A DNA stretch of 64,000 bases from positions 8,505 through 72,504 of the forward strand of contig CAYLHX010000002.1 of NCBI GenBank assembly GCA_964383675.1, written 5' to 3'. The DNA comes from an uncultured Candidatus Peribacteria bacterium. GTDB taxonomy: Bacteria > Patescibacteriota > Gracilibacteria > UBA1369 > LOWO2-01-FULL-3. Both the position numbers and the translations under genes were made by a program. Within the stretch, counting starts at the first letter, position 1. The number at the start of each line of letters is the position of its first letter. Shown piece by piece: positions 17,521-26,191 of this stretch. Under the pieces are notes generated by a model that saw only the letters and a list, made by a program, of their open reading frames with translations, did not search any database and was not told where the DNA came from.

Positions 17521-18840
17521 ATGGAATTTGACGGAATCAAAATAAGTTCGACCAATCAGCCTCAAAAAGATTCTTCCGTTCAGTCGCAGGAGCAGTCTAA
17601 GGAAAACAAGAATGAGCAAGAACTGGATCCGATGGACTATATGGTCGATGGCACATCGGCCGATAAAGAAATCTTAAATAAGATTAAGAAGATTCGGGTT
17701 CAGGAGGAGAGTGAGGTGGTTTATGGTGTTTATAACAATTCCGAAAAGGGATTTTTTGAGAGAGTGAATGATTTTTTTATTGATCGAACAAAGATTCGTC
17801 TCAAGGATAAATCTTATTTTTTTCATATGTTGGCGGTGATGGTGGATGCGGGTATCCCAATTGTGGCTGCCGTGAAGTCCCTGGCTTTCAGAACGGAAAA
17901 CCTCCATTTTCAGCGAGTATTGCACACGGTTGCTTATAACTGTGAGCATGGTGCCAAGCTTTCGGAATCGATGAGTCGTTTTGAAGAGGTCTTTGATGAG
18001 GCTGAAATCGGTATCGTGCGCTCCGGTGAGGAGAGCGGTAAGCTCGATTCGATGCTTTTTAAACTTTCTCAGGAGTTGGATAAAAAACACGATCTCTACA
18101 TGAAGCTTTGGGGAGCTGCGGTCTATCCGATTGCCGTTTTGTCGGTGTTGATTTTAGTGGCCGTCGGTATGTTGGTTTGGGTCTTCCCGACTTTATTGAA
18201 TTTGTTGAAAGAGGGGGGCGTAGCCGAGGAGAGTTTACCGTCGTCCACCAAGGTTTTAATCGCTTTTCAAGGAGCTTTGGTGAATTACTGGTGGGGCATT
18301 TTAATCGCTGTCTTTGCCCTTTACGGTTTATTCCAGGTTTATGTTAACAGTGACTATGGTGCCACCAGCTGGGATTACAGGAAGTTACGGTTGCCCATAA
18401 TCGGTACACTTTTAAGAAAGTTATCCGTTTTGCGCTTCGTGGGCAGTGTCGGTCTTTTGATCGACTCCGGTTTGCCTGTAATTAAAGCACTAAAAATTAC
18501 CGGTGATTCTCTGAAAAACAGACTCTACAAAATGAAGGTTCAGGAGGTTATCGACAGCGTGCGTTCGGGTGGAAAAATTTCGCAAAGTTTAAGTGACAGT
18601 GAGTTTTTGTTCCCCCCGGAAGTTGTGCAGATGCTGAATGTAGGTGAAAAATCGGCAAGCCTGGGGCAGGTTTCTTCCAAAGTGGCTGACCAATATCAGC
18701 GAGAAATTGATAATAGTCTGAAAAAACTGATGTCGGTTTTCGAGCCGGTGATGATTCTTTTTGTAGGTTTGTTTGTAGCGCTTTTGGCTTTGGCCATCAT
18801 GGCGCCTATCTTTAACTTAAGCAGCACTGCTGGATTATAA
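17521..18840 (+). CDS. pilC: Type IV pilus platform protein PilC (GspF family)
   Basis: Two GspF-type repeats (FHMLAVMVDAGIPIVAAVKSL...; LRFVGSVGLLIDSGLPVIKALKITG...) with three TM segments. Confidence 0.85.
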   Translation: MEFDGIKISSTNQPQKDSSVQSQEQSKENKNEQELDPMDYMVDGTSADKEILNKIKKIRVQEESEVVYGVYNNSEKGFFERVNDFFIDRTKIRLKDKSYFFHMLAVMVDAGIPIVAAVKSLAFRTENLHFQRVLHTVAYNCEHGAKLSESMSRFEEVFDEAEIGIVRSGEESGKLDSMLFKLSQELDKKHDLYMKLWGAAVYPIAVLSVLILVAVGMLVWVFPTLLNLLKEGGVAEESLPSSTKVLIAFQGALVNYWWGILIAVFALYGLFQVYVNSDYGATSWDYRKLRLPIIGTLLRKLSVLRFVGSVGLLIDSGLPVIKALKITGDSLKNRLYKMKVQEVIDSVRSGGKISQSLSDSEFLFPPEVVQMLNVGEKSASLGQVSSKVADQYQREIDNSLKKLMSVFEPVMILFVGLFVALLALAIMAPIFNLSSTAGL

Positions 18841-18841
18841 T

Positions 18842-19543
18842 ATGTGGGAGAATATAAAAAAAAAAGAGGGGTTTTCCTTGGTGGAGATGATGATTGTGAT
18901 TGCCATTATCGCGATTTTATCGGTTTTGGCCGTTGGTGGTTATACTTCATATAGAAAAGCGGTTTTGGTGGAGTTAGCCGGTGATGATCTGGTGGCTCAG
19001 CTTTATGAATTACGTGAAAAAACCATTCACGGTAATTTTGGGAAAGATCGCTTTGAGGCTATAAGTTCGGTTTTGTTTGAGGATCAGACTTTGGATGATC
19101 CGGAAGCCGGCAAGGTGCCGGCCAAATGTTTTGGTCTTTATTTCACCGATGGTAAGATCTATAGATTCAGTCAGGATTTTGATTCGGAAGTTGAGTGGGC
19201 TGGGCAAGAGGTGGATGGTGATTGGAAGGAAGTCGGTTGCGGTGAGGTGAGTGCTGTTAATGTTATGCAAGAGCAACTACTTTTGGATGTTACCGTACAG
19301 GGAATTACGGAGATTTTAGGCGATGATAGTGAATCTGAGTTAAATAATTTTTACCTGCGTTTTGTGCCACCAACCGGTGCGGTTGAGGCCGGTATTGCGG
19401 ATGTGCCAAATCAAAATGTATCCGATCAGATTAAAGTTATCCTCCAGTATGGTTTGGAAGAGGAAGAACGTTTCGTGAAAGAGGTGTTGATTGATTTAAA
19501 TTACGGTAGTGCCAAAGTTAACCAAAATGAAGAAAATGTTTAA
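18842..19543 (+). CDS. Prepilin-type (type IV pilin) protein
   Basis: Class III signal and cleavage/methylation motif KKKEG|FSLVEMMIVIAIIAILSVLAV, with Glu at +5. Confidence 0.8.
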   Translation: MWENIKKKEGFSLVEMMIVIAIIAILSVLAVGGYTSYRKAVLVELAGDDLVAQLYELREKTIHGNFGKDRFEAISSVLFEDQTLDDPEAGKVPAKCFGLYFTDGKIYRFSQDFDSEVEWAGQEVDGDWKEVGCGEVSAVNVMQEQLLLDVTVQGITEILGDDSESELNNFYLRFVPPTGAVEAGIADVPNQNVSDQIKVILQYGLEEEERFVKEVLIDLNYGSAKVNQNEENV

Positions 19544-20213
19544 CAAAGATCTTAAAAATCAGGCCGGATTTACTTTGACCGAAGTTTTGATCGGGATTTT
19601 GATTCTGACGGTGGCAATTGTGGCGGCATCCAATCTGCTTAGCACTTTGGTGAAGACCAACCGTACCAATGTTTTGACTTTGCAGGCTTATTATCTGGCC
19701 CAGGAAGGTGTTGAGGCGATGCGAAATATTAGAGATACCAATTGGTTGCATAACAGTTCTTTTGTTGGTAGTGAAGGTGGAGTTTATGAAAAACTGCAGA
19801 CAAACAATTCTTATGCGGTGTATTTGTTGGAACAGGGGTGGGAAAGTTCGGCCTTTAATGAGGCAGATATAAATCAATTGTCCCAATATAAATTTTGGGA
19901 GGTGGATTTGGTTTCTCAACTTGCCGGCGACAGTGGTCCGGATGACCCTTATGCGGCCGATTTTGCCTTGGCTCTTACAGAGAATAAATTTTATAGCCAT
20001 AACGATTTCGTCAGTGATGAGGCTGTTTTTTATCGACATGTCGATATTCTGCCTTATTGCGACGACAGTGAGTTGCCGGATGATCGTTTCAAAGAGGATG
20101 ATTGTGAGAATTTTATTTTAGTGCGTTCGGTGGTGAACTTTAAAGATGGTCAAAAAGATCGAAGTGTAGAATTGGAAGCTGTACTAAGTAATTGGAAGGG
20201 CGGAGCCCTTTAA
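19527..20213 (+). CDS. Prepilin-type minor pilin (PilV-like)
   Basis: NQAG|FTLTEVLIGILILTVAIVAA motif. The listed ORF starts at GTG 19509; ATG 19527 or 19536 is more likely. Confidence 0.75.
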   Translation: MKKMFNKDLKNQAGFTLTEVLIGILILTVAIVAASNLLSTLVKTNRTNVLTLQAYYLAQEGVEAMRNIRDTNWLHNSSFVGSEGGVYEKLQTNNSYAVYLLEQGWESSAFNEADINQLSQYKFWEVDLVSQLAGDSGPDDPYAADFALALTENKFYSHNDFVSDEAVFYRHVDILPYCDDSELPDDRFKEDDCENFILVRSVVNFKDGQKDRSVELEAVLSNWKGGAL

Positions 20214-20222
20214 TTGAATCCT

Positions 20223-20876
20223 ATGTTTAAAAAAACTCAACAAAGAGGCTTTACACTGGTGGAACTATTGATTGCAATGACCATATTTATTATGTTCGTG
20301 GGAATTTTGCTTAGTTCATACACGTATATTGTGCGCTCTCAGCGTGAAGCCAATGATTATCGTGAACTTTATGCGCAATCACGTCAGATTTTTGATAAGT
20401 TGGTTGAAGAGATGCGTGCCGGAATGATTTACTATCCAAGTGATGCGGAAATTAATTCCGATTATCAAAGCGGCAATTCTGAACTTACTTTGGTTAAACT
20501 TAACGAGGATGATGGATCTTTCGTAAGCGCGCAGTTTTTGCTTCAAGAGGATAGAGTTAAATTTATTGAAGCCAATGGTGCCGGTGCGCCAACGGTTTAC
20601 TTTTTGAATTCAGGGTTGGAGAGTGGAGGAGTGGGGGTGAGTGAACTTGTCTTTTATGTTTCTCCGGCGGGAAATCCTTATAGCTCCGGCAATACTTTTT
20701 ATGATAGCCTGCAGTTTCAGCCTAAGATTACGGTTTTTGCCACTTTTGAGAAGAAGCGTACCGTGGGTGAGGAGAGCTTTGTGATCAATTTACAGACTAC
20801 TATCTCCAGCAGATTTTATGCGCCGCTGGAATATAACAGTGAAAATCTAATTTTACCGAACGATGTTGAAATTTAA
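20223..20876 (+). CDS. Prepilin-type minor pilin (PilW-like)
   Basis: QQRG|FTLVELLIAMTIFIMFVGILL motif. The ATG at 20223 lies just inside the listed TTG start at 20214. Confidence 0.75.
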   Translation: MFKKTQQRGFTLVELLIAMTIFIMFVGILLSSYTYIVRSQREANDYRELYAQSRQIFDKLVEEMRAGMIYYPSDAEINSDYQSGNSELTLVKLNEDDGSFVSAQFLLQEDRVKFIEANGAGAPTVYFLNSGLESGGVGVSELVFYVSPAGNPYSSGNTFYDSLQFQPKITVFATFEKKRTVGEESFVINLQTTISSRFYAPLEYNSENLILPNDVEI

Positions 20877-22119
20877 TTTATTAGTAAAGGATAAGCGAGG
20901 AACAGCCCTGATTGTTTCTTTGATGGTAATGGGCGTATTGATAGCCATTTCTCTGGCACTGTCGGCTCTTATTTTTAGAGAGACTCGACTTACCAAAAAT
21001 CTGCTTGATTCCGGTCGAGCTTATTACGCGGCAGAATCGGCTATCGAGGAGGCTTTGTATTTTTTGGATAGTGAGCTGCCAGGCTGGGATACGGGTGAAG
21101 AAAATGAGTTTGGCAAGCTTAGCAATAAAGCGGTTTTTGAATATGAAGTTAAAAACAAATGTAACTCCTATCCTTGTTTTGACGAAGATGAATTTAATTT
21201 GGCCAGCATTCCTTTGCATAAGTTTTACGATGTTCTGGAGTTGAATGAAAACATTACTATTCCTTTGTTTACGGTAAACGAACAGGGTGATATTGTGGCA
21301 GTGAAAGACTTTACGGTGGAGTTTTATACGCGCTTTGATCCGGCTCAAGATTTGAATTTGAAGTATACCGATGGTTCTGCGATTGCCGGTTGGGATGTTT
21401 TGCGCTGGAAGGTCTTTGGTTTGAATAAAACTGAGAATGGGCTTTTAACCGAATCGATTCATGATTTTACGGCCGTATCTTCCGGTCAAAATATAAATGA
21501 TGGGCAGGAATTTTCTACCAATGCGGAAAAACCTTCTTGGTTTGGTAGCTTGGATTGTGATTCCGTTGGTTCGGATTTAAGGCAAACTGATGATATACAG
21601 TGTATTGGTTATGCGTCAACGGCCTATTTTGACGCCTCGGAGGAACAAAATGTTGGTACCTGTCAGCACAATGAGGCTCGCGACTATTACTACTATGAAA
21701 ATGGTGAATTTCAGCAAAAAATCCCCTGTTATCCGATTTTGGAGTTCATGCAGAAATATCAGCCGGTTGCCGGAAGTGAGTTTGGCCCTACCGGGCTTAA
21801 CTATCTGAGTCTAACGAATTTGATGAATCCGACAATGCTCAGCAACGAATCTTACCCTACTCAGCAGGATAAGACGAACGCTTCGCGAATTTTCTATCGC
21901 GTAGAAACTTATGATAAGGATACGGTGCGCGAATTTGCCACGATAATTGCCGATGGTTACAGCGGCGATGCCAAACAAAGTATAAAGGTCCGTATCAAGC
22001 GCGATTCTTATATGCCGGTCTTCAATTTCTCTTTGTACAGTACCTACAAAGATGAGAATGAGTCGGCCTTCTATGTGGAGGAAAACGATCCTTTAAAGGA
22101 TTTTCAGTTACCCGAGTAA
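20863..22119 (+). CDS. PilX-like pilus minor component (PilX N-terminal type segment)
   Basis: N-terminus KDKRGTALIVSLMVMGVLIAISLAL resembles the PilX N-terminal domain (RG.AL plus a hydrophobic helix, no G|F cleavage site). It is last in the pilin gene run and overlaps the previous gene by 14 nt. Confidence 0.5.
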   Translation: MLKFNLLVKDKRGTALIVSLMVMGVLIAISLALSALIFRETRLTKNLLDSGRAYYAAESAIEEALYFLDSELPGWDTGEENEFGKLSNKAVFEYEVKNKCNSYPCFDEDEFNLASIPLHKFYDVLELNENITIPLFTVNEQGDIVAVKDFTVEFYTRFDPAQDLNLKYTDGSAIAGWDVLRWKVFGLNKTENGLLTESIHDFTAVSSGQNINDGQEFSTNAEKPSWFGSLDCDSVGSDLRQTDDIQCIGYASTAYFDASEEQNVGTCQHNEARDYYYYENGEFQQKIPCYPILEFMQKYQPVAGSEFGPTGLNYLSLTNLMNPTMLSNESYPTQQDKTNASRIFYRVETYDKDTVREFATIIADGYSGDAKQSIKVRIKRDSYMPVFNFSLYSTYKDENESAFYVEENDPLKDFQLPE

Positions 22120-22158
22120 ACAGTTGACGGTTTTTCCGCTTATTGGTAGGCTCTTTTC

Positions 22159-23667
22159 ATGAATAAGTTTTATCTTACAACCGATATCGCTTATGTGAAC
22201 GCGCCGCCGCATATCGGTCATGCTTTGGAATTTATACAGGCCGATGCCCTGGCTCGTTATCATCGTTTAATCGAAGACGACACTTTTTTCCTTACGGGAA
22301 CCGATGAGCATGGTGTGAAAATATATGAGACAGCTAAAGAACAGGGGATTACCACCCAGCAGTTGGTTGATAAAAATGCGGAGATTTTTAAATCGCTGGA
22401 GGGGTTGCTCAATCTTTCCAATGATGATTTTATTCGAACCACCGATGAAAGACACAAAGCCGGTGCCAAGAAGTTGTGGCAAAAAATGTTTGATGCCGGA
22501 GATATTTACAGGGATGTTTACCGCGGAAACTATTGTGTGGGTTGTGAGGCTTTTATTCCGGAAAAAGACCTGGATGAGAATGGTATGTGCCCTAATCATA
22601 AGAAAAAGCCTGAGATTTTAGAGGAGGAGAATTATTTCTTTAGACTTTCCAAGTATTCCGAGCGAATCAAGCAGGCTATTGAAAGCGGTGAACTTACAAT
22701 CTTGCCCACGAGTCGTAAGAATGAGATGCTAAATATTATCGGTGAAGGTCTTCATGATGTCAGTTTTTCCAGGCCGAAGAGTGTTTTGCCTTGGGGAATT
22801 GAAGTCCCCAATGATGATACGCAGGTGATGTATGTTTGGTGTGACGCTTTGTCCAATTATATTACCGCACTTGGTTATGCCGAAGAGAGTGAACGTTATC
22901 AAAAATATTGGCCGGCGGAGGTTCACTTGATCGGAAAAGATATTTTGCGCTTTCATGCCGGAGTTTGGATCGGAATGCTTATGTCTGCCGGTGAGAAGAT
23001 CCCCAAAGCCGTTTACGTTCATGGTTTTGTGACCAGTGAGGGCCAGAAGATGAGTAAGAGTTTGGGGAATGTGGTTAATCCTCTTGAATATCGTGAAAAA
23101 TACGGAGTGGATCCCTTGAGATATTATTTGCTACGCGAGATTCCAACCGCCGATGACGGCGACTTCAGCCATGGACGGTTTGTGGAGATTTACAACAGTG
23201 AATTGGCTAATGGGTTGGGGAACCTGGTCAATCGGGTGGTGATGATGACTGAGAAATATTTTGACGGTAAGGCTCCAAAGCCGACTGATGGCACCGGTGT
23301 TTTGCCTCAACTGGAGGAGCTTGAGGAGGATTATAAGAAGAATTTTGAACAATTTGATATCAAAAAGGCGGCCGAAAGCTTGCTGTCGGTTGTTAATCTC
23401 GGCAACAAGTATATTGATGACACAAAACCTTGGGTGATGGCTAAGGAGGAAGATGCCGGTTTAGGTGCAGTGATTTACAATTTGATTGAGCTGCTGCGCT
23501 ATATTGTAGTTTTGAGTATTCCTTTCGTGCCAGATACAGCTGATAGAATCGCCCAGCAGATTGGAGTTGATATGGATCAGGTGAGTTTAAATTTGCAGTG
23601 GGGAGTTACAAAAGAAGGAACCTTAGTTGGTAAATCTGAGGCCCTTTTTCCAAGGTTGGAAGAGTAA
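22159..23667 (+). CDS. metG: Methionine--tRNA ligase
   Basis: Class I HIGH motif (PPHIGHALE), KMSKS present, and the CVGCEAF...CPNH zinc knuckle. Confidence 0.9.
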   Translation: MNKFYLTTDIAYVNAPPHIGHALEFIQADALARYHRLIEDDTFFLTGTDEHGVKIYETAKEQGITTQQLVDKNAEIFKSLEGLLNLSNDDFIRTTDERHKAGAKKLWQKMFDAGDIYRDVYRGNYCVGCEAFIPEKDLDENGMCPNHKKKPEILEEENYFFRLSKYSERIKQAIESGELTILPTSRKNEMLNIIGEGLHDVSFSRPKSVLPWGIEVPNDDTQVMYVWCDALSNYITALGYAEESERYQKYWPAEVHLIGKDILRFHAGVWIGMLMSAGEKIPKAVYVHGFVTSEGQKMSKSLGNVVNPLEYREKYGVDPLRYYLLREIPTADDGDFSHGRFVEIYNSELANGLGNLVNRVVMMTEKYFDGKAPKPTDGTGVLPQLEELEEDYKKNFEQFDIKKAAESLLSVVNLGNKYIDDTKPWVMAKEEDAGLGAVIYNLIELLRYIVVLSIPFVPDTADRIAQQIGVDMDQVSLNLQWGVTKEGTLVGKSEALFPRLEE

Positions 23668-23672
23668 TAATT

Positions 23673-24140
23673 TTAAACTTCAGGGATTGGTTCACTTACC
23701 GGTTCTTCGGTGGTTGTTGGTGATGCCGGTGGTGGAGATGCGGAGTCAATTGCGAAGCTGATAAGGAATCTTACTATTGAGTAGGAGAGAATGATTACAA
23801 ATAGTCCAACTATCGACCAAAGCAGATGTTTTTTTCCCTGTTCAACTTTTTCACTGTCGGCGCCACCGGTCACAAGCTCCCAGCCGCCGAGTCCAATCAT
23901 AATTACACCGACAGGAGCCGCAAAATACAGCAGTCCGCCGGCAATGATTTGCAGGATGATGATGGCTGCTCCGCCTTCCCGATCATATTTTAAATTAAAG
24001 GGTTCGTTGATAGGGCGAAAATCTTGGGGTATGGTTGCCGCTCCTACGGTTTGGATTATAAGTAGGAATAATAGAGCAAATAAGAGCGGTGTTTTGATTT
24101 TAGCTAGGATTTTCATCACCAGTGGTTGGTAAGTTTTCAA
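23673..24140 (-). CDS. Small secreted two-TM protein, TrbC/VirB2-like pilin family, paralogue 5
   Basis: Signal peptide, TM1 (IILQIIAGGLLYFAAPVGVIMIGLGGW), loop GGADSEKVEQGKKHL, then TM2 (WSIVGLFVIILSYSIVRF). Confidence 0.55.
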   Translation of the reverse strand: MKTYQPLVMKILAKIKTPLLFALLFLLIIQTVGAATIPQDFRPINEPFNLKYDREGGAAIIILQIIAGGLLYFAAPVGVIMIGLGGWELVTGGADSEKVEQGKKHLLWSIVGLFVIILSYSIVRFLISFAIDSASPPPASPTTTEEPVSEPIPEV

Positions 24141-24567
24141 AAAATTTAAATTGTGCGATGCCGGAAACTACACCGTAGGCCGCTGCCATTATGGCAATAC
24201 CGATAATAAGATACAGAATGATGTTTTTTGCTTTAGTAAGATCTTCCTCTTTTCCTCGTGAGATCAGATAGTAGATCGCTGCAATGATTATGGCGATCAA
24301 AGTTAATAGCATTGACCAAAACAATATGGTTTTTATACCTGTCGCTAGAGCTTCTTCGGCGGTTATGTCTGGCAGGGTTTCGACTGCTTCCAATTCGTTG
24401 TTGGGACTGCCAAAGGTAAGCTCATATAGGTCGCTACTATCGGTAAAAGTAGGTAGTAGATGAGTAATATCTGTAGAGGGGGCCGCATTGGTTGTCTGGA
24501 TCAACAACAATGCAAAAACTGCTATTGTTACCATTAGTGTGCCGATTTTTTTTATCTTTTTAAGCAT
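24100..24567 (-). CDS. Small secreted two-TM protein, TrbC/VirB2-like pilin family, paralogue 4
   Basis: Signal peptide (TIAVFALLLIQTTNA), TM1, loop RGKEEDLTKAKNII, then TM2 (LYLIIGIAIMAAAYGVV). Confidence 0.55.
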   Translation of the reverse strand: MLKKIKKIGTLMVTIAVFALLLIQTTNAAPSTDITHLLPTFTDSSDLYELTFGSPNNELEAVETLPDITAEEALATGIKTILFWSMLLTLIAIIIAAIYYLISRGKEEDLTKAKNIILYLIIGIAIMAAAYGVVSGIAQFKFFENLPTTGDENPS

Positions 24568-25000
24568 TTTCAGTTATTTCAGTACTATTATTGTTTTCAT
24601 CCCCGATAAATTCCAGATTGGTGATGATTCTTACTATTGTGTAGGAAAGTAGGGCTATTATGAATCCCGCAATGCCGTAGATCACTTGTTTCTTGGCGTT
24701 TTCGATGTCTTCTTCGTTACCGTAGGAGATGGTAAAGCGAACGCCTCCAACTATGACAAAAACCAGCGATACCGCTCCCACAAATCCAATCAGACTGATG
24801 GCGAAACGGGGGAGGATAGTGTTTACCAGAATGTTTCTGGCTCCCCCGGATTTTGTTTGTTCGTCTGCTCCCGGACCCGGTAATGTTTCGGGTTTCTCAA
24901 TGATTGTCGGCTTAAATTCGTTGTTGGCCAGAGCTGTTCCGGTGATGGTCGGAAGTGTCAGTAGGAGCCCCAGTATTAATGACAAAATTAATTTTTTCAT
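24560..25000 (-). CDS. Small secreted two-TM protein, TrbC/VirB2-like pilin family, paralogue 3
   Basis: Signal peptide (LILGLLLTLPTITGTALA), TM1, loop YGNEEDIENAKKQV, then TM2 (IYGIAGFIIALLSYTIVRI). Confidence 0.55.
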   Translation of the reverse strand: MKKLILSLILGLLLTLPTITGTALANNEFKPTIIEKPETLPGPGADEQTKSGGARNILVNTILPRFAISLIGFVGAVSLVFVIVGGVRFTISYGNEEDIENAKKQVIYGIAGFIIALLSYTIVRIITNLEFIGDENNNSTEITENA

Positions 25001-25001
25001 T

Positions 25002-25709
25002 TTAACGCGTAAAGAATGTTGGGTTTACCGTGTAGAGTATTAGACCGGACAAAAACAGTACGACGATACCGGCAAGTGATTGAACGATTCTGGTTTTGGC
25101 ATTTTCTACCGCCTGGGAATCACCGCCGGACATTGAAATCTGAATACCGCTGATAATGATTACAATCACGGCTATAAGACCAACCAGACCTGCCGACCAA
25201 CGAAAAATAGTGCTTAGGTACCCTTCCAATAGCGAAGTGCCGCCTTTACTGATTAAGGCCTGGATTCTGTTGCAACGGTAGATTACGTTGAACTGCTCTA
25301 TTTCTGGTTTCTCAAGTCCACTATAGACAGTATTGTCGCATCCTCCAGTGGCATTTAGTACTTCACTGATAGTTTTTAATTCGCCGGTAATTTTTTTGTC
25401 GCCGGTTCCTGTATATGTTGGGGTGTAGCTAAAGGTGTTACGGTAGCATACGCGACTTTCAAAGTCGTCACCGACCTTTTGAGTTTCGTCGTTAGCAAAG
25501 AGCGGTTCTTCAATAAAAGTTACGATTTTATCTTTATCTTTTTCCGGATCAATACATTGATTTCCGCTGGCTTTTGGAAAGGGATTCTCAAAGCCCTCTG
25601 GTAGCTTGTCCGGTGTCGGTGTTCCCGCCTCATCCGCAAAAGTTGTGCCACTTAGAATGGCTAAGCTTAGCAGGATATATAGAACTATTTTTACACTGGT
25701 GCTTCTCAT
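25002..25709 (-). CDS. TrbC/VirB2-like pilin family, paralogue 2, with an extra ~130-aa four-Cys extracellular insert
   Basis: Signal peptide, then an insert with four Cys (NQCIDP, SRVCYRN, GGCDNT, YRCNRI). The common module follows: TM1, loop GGDSQAVENAKTRI, TM2. Confidence 0.55.
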   Translation of the reverse strand: MRSTSVKIVLYILLSLAILSGTTFADEAGTPTPDKLPEGFENPFPKASGNQCIDPEKDKDKIVTFIEEPLFANDETQKVGDDFESRVCYRNTFSYTPTYTGTGDKKITGELKTISEVLNATGGCDNTVYSGLEKPEIEQFNVIYRCNRIQALISKGGTSLLEGYLSTIFRWSAGLVGLIAVIVIIISGIQISMSGGDSQAVENAKTRIVQSLAGIVVLFLSGLILYTVNPTFFTR

Positions 25710-26191
25710 GATTGTGGTGGGGGTAATTCGCTGGTTATGAACAGTGATTGGATGAAAATCACGATTATGTATGACATAAAGGTGACGATCAGGCCGATTA
25801 CTGCGTATTTGATTATCTCTTTGGCTTCATCGACTTTTTGCTGATTTCCCTGAGCAAACATAAACATAAAGCCACCAATGATCATAATGATGATGGAAAT
25901 TGAACCGATTATGCGAGTGAAAAAATTTATAACTCTGATAATGAAACTTAGAATCGGTGATCTGTTTGCATCTTCAAAATAATCGGGAGTTTCGTTGTCC
26001 AGAGTTAAAATTTTGTTAACATTGAATTTGGCATCTTTGAGGGGATTGGTGTCGGGTGTGATGTTGGTGGGCGTGCTCTTTGTTGCTTCACTTCCGGGTG
26101 GGCCCTCGACGGCAAAAGCAGTGGTTAGACTGCTTGTGATAAAAACAAGGCCGATTATTGTTAATATGATTTTTTTCATCTTATCCTTCAA
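25706..26191 (-). CDS. Small secreted two-TM protein, TrbC/VirB2-like pilin family, paralogue 1
   Basis: Signal peptide (LVFITSSLTTAFA), TM1 (IIGSISIIIMIIGGFMFMF), loop QGNQQKVDEAKEII, then TM2 (KYAVIGLIVTFMSYIIVIF). Overlaps the pilT stop by 11 nt. Confidence 0.55.
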   Translation of the reverse strand: MKDKMKKIILTIIGLVFITSSLTTAFAVEGPPGSEATKSTPTNITPDTNPLKDAKFNVNKILTLDNETPDYFEDANRSPILSFIIRVINFFTRIIGSISIIIMIIGGFMFMFAQGNQQKVDEAKEIIKYAVIGLIVTFMSYIIVIFIQSLFITSELPPPQS

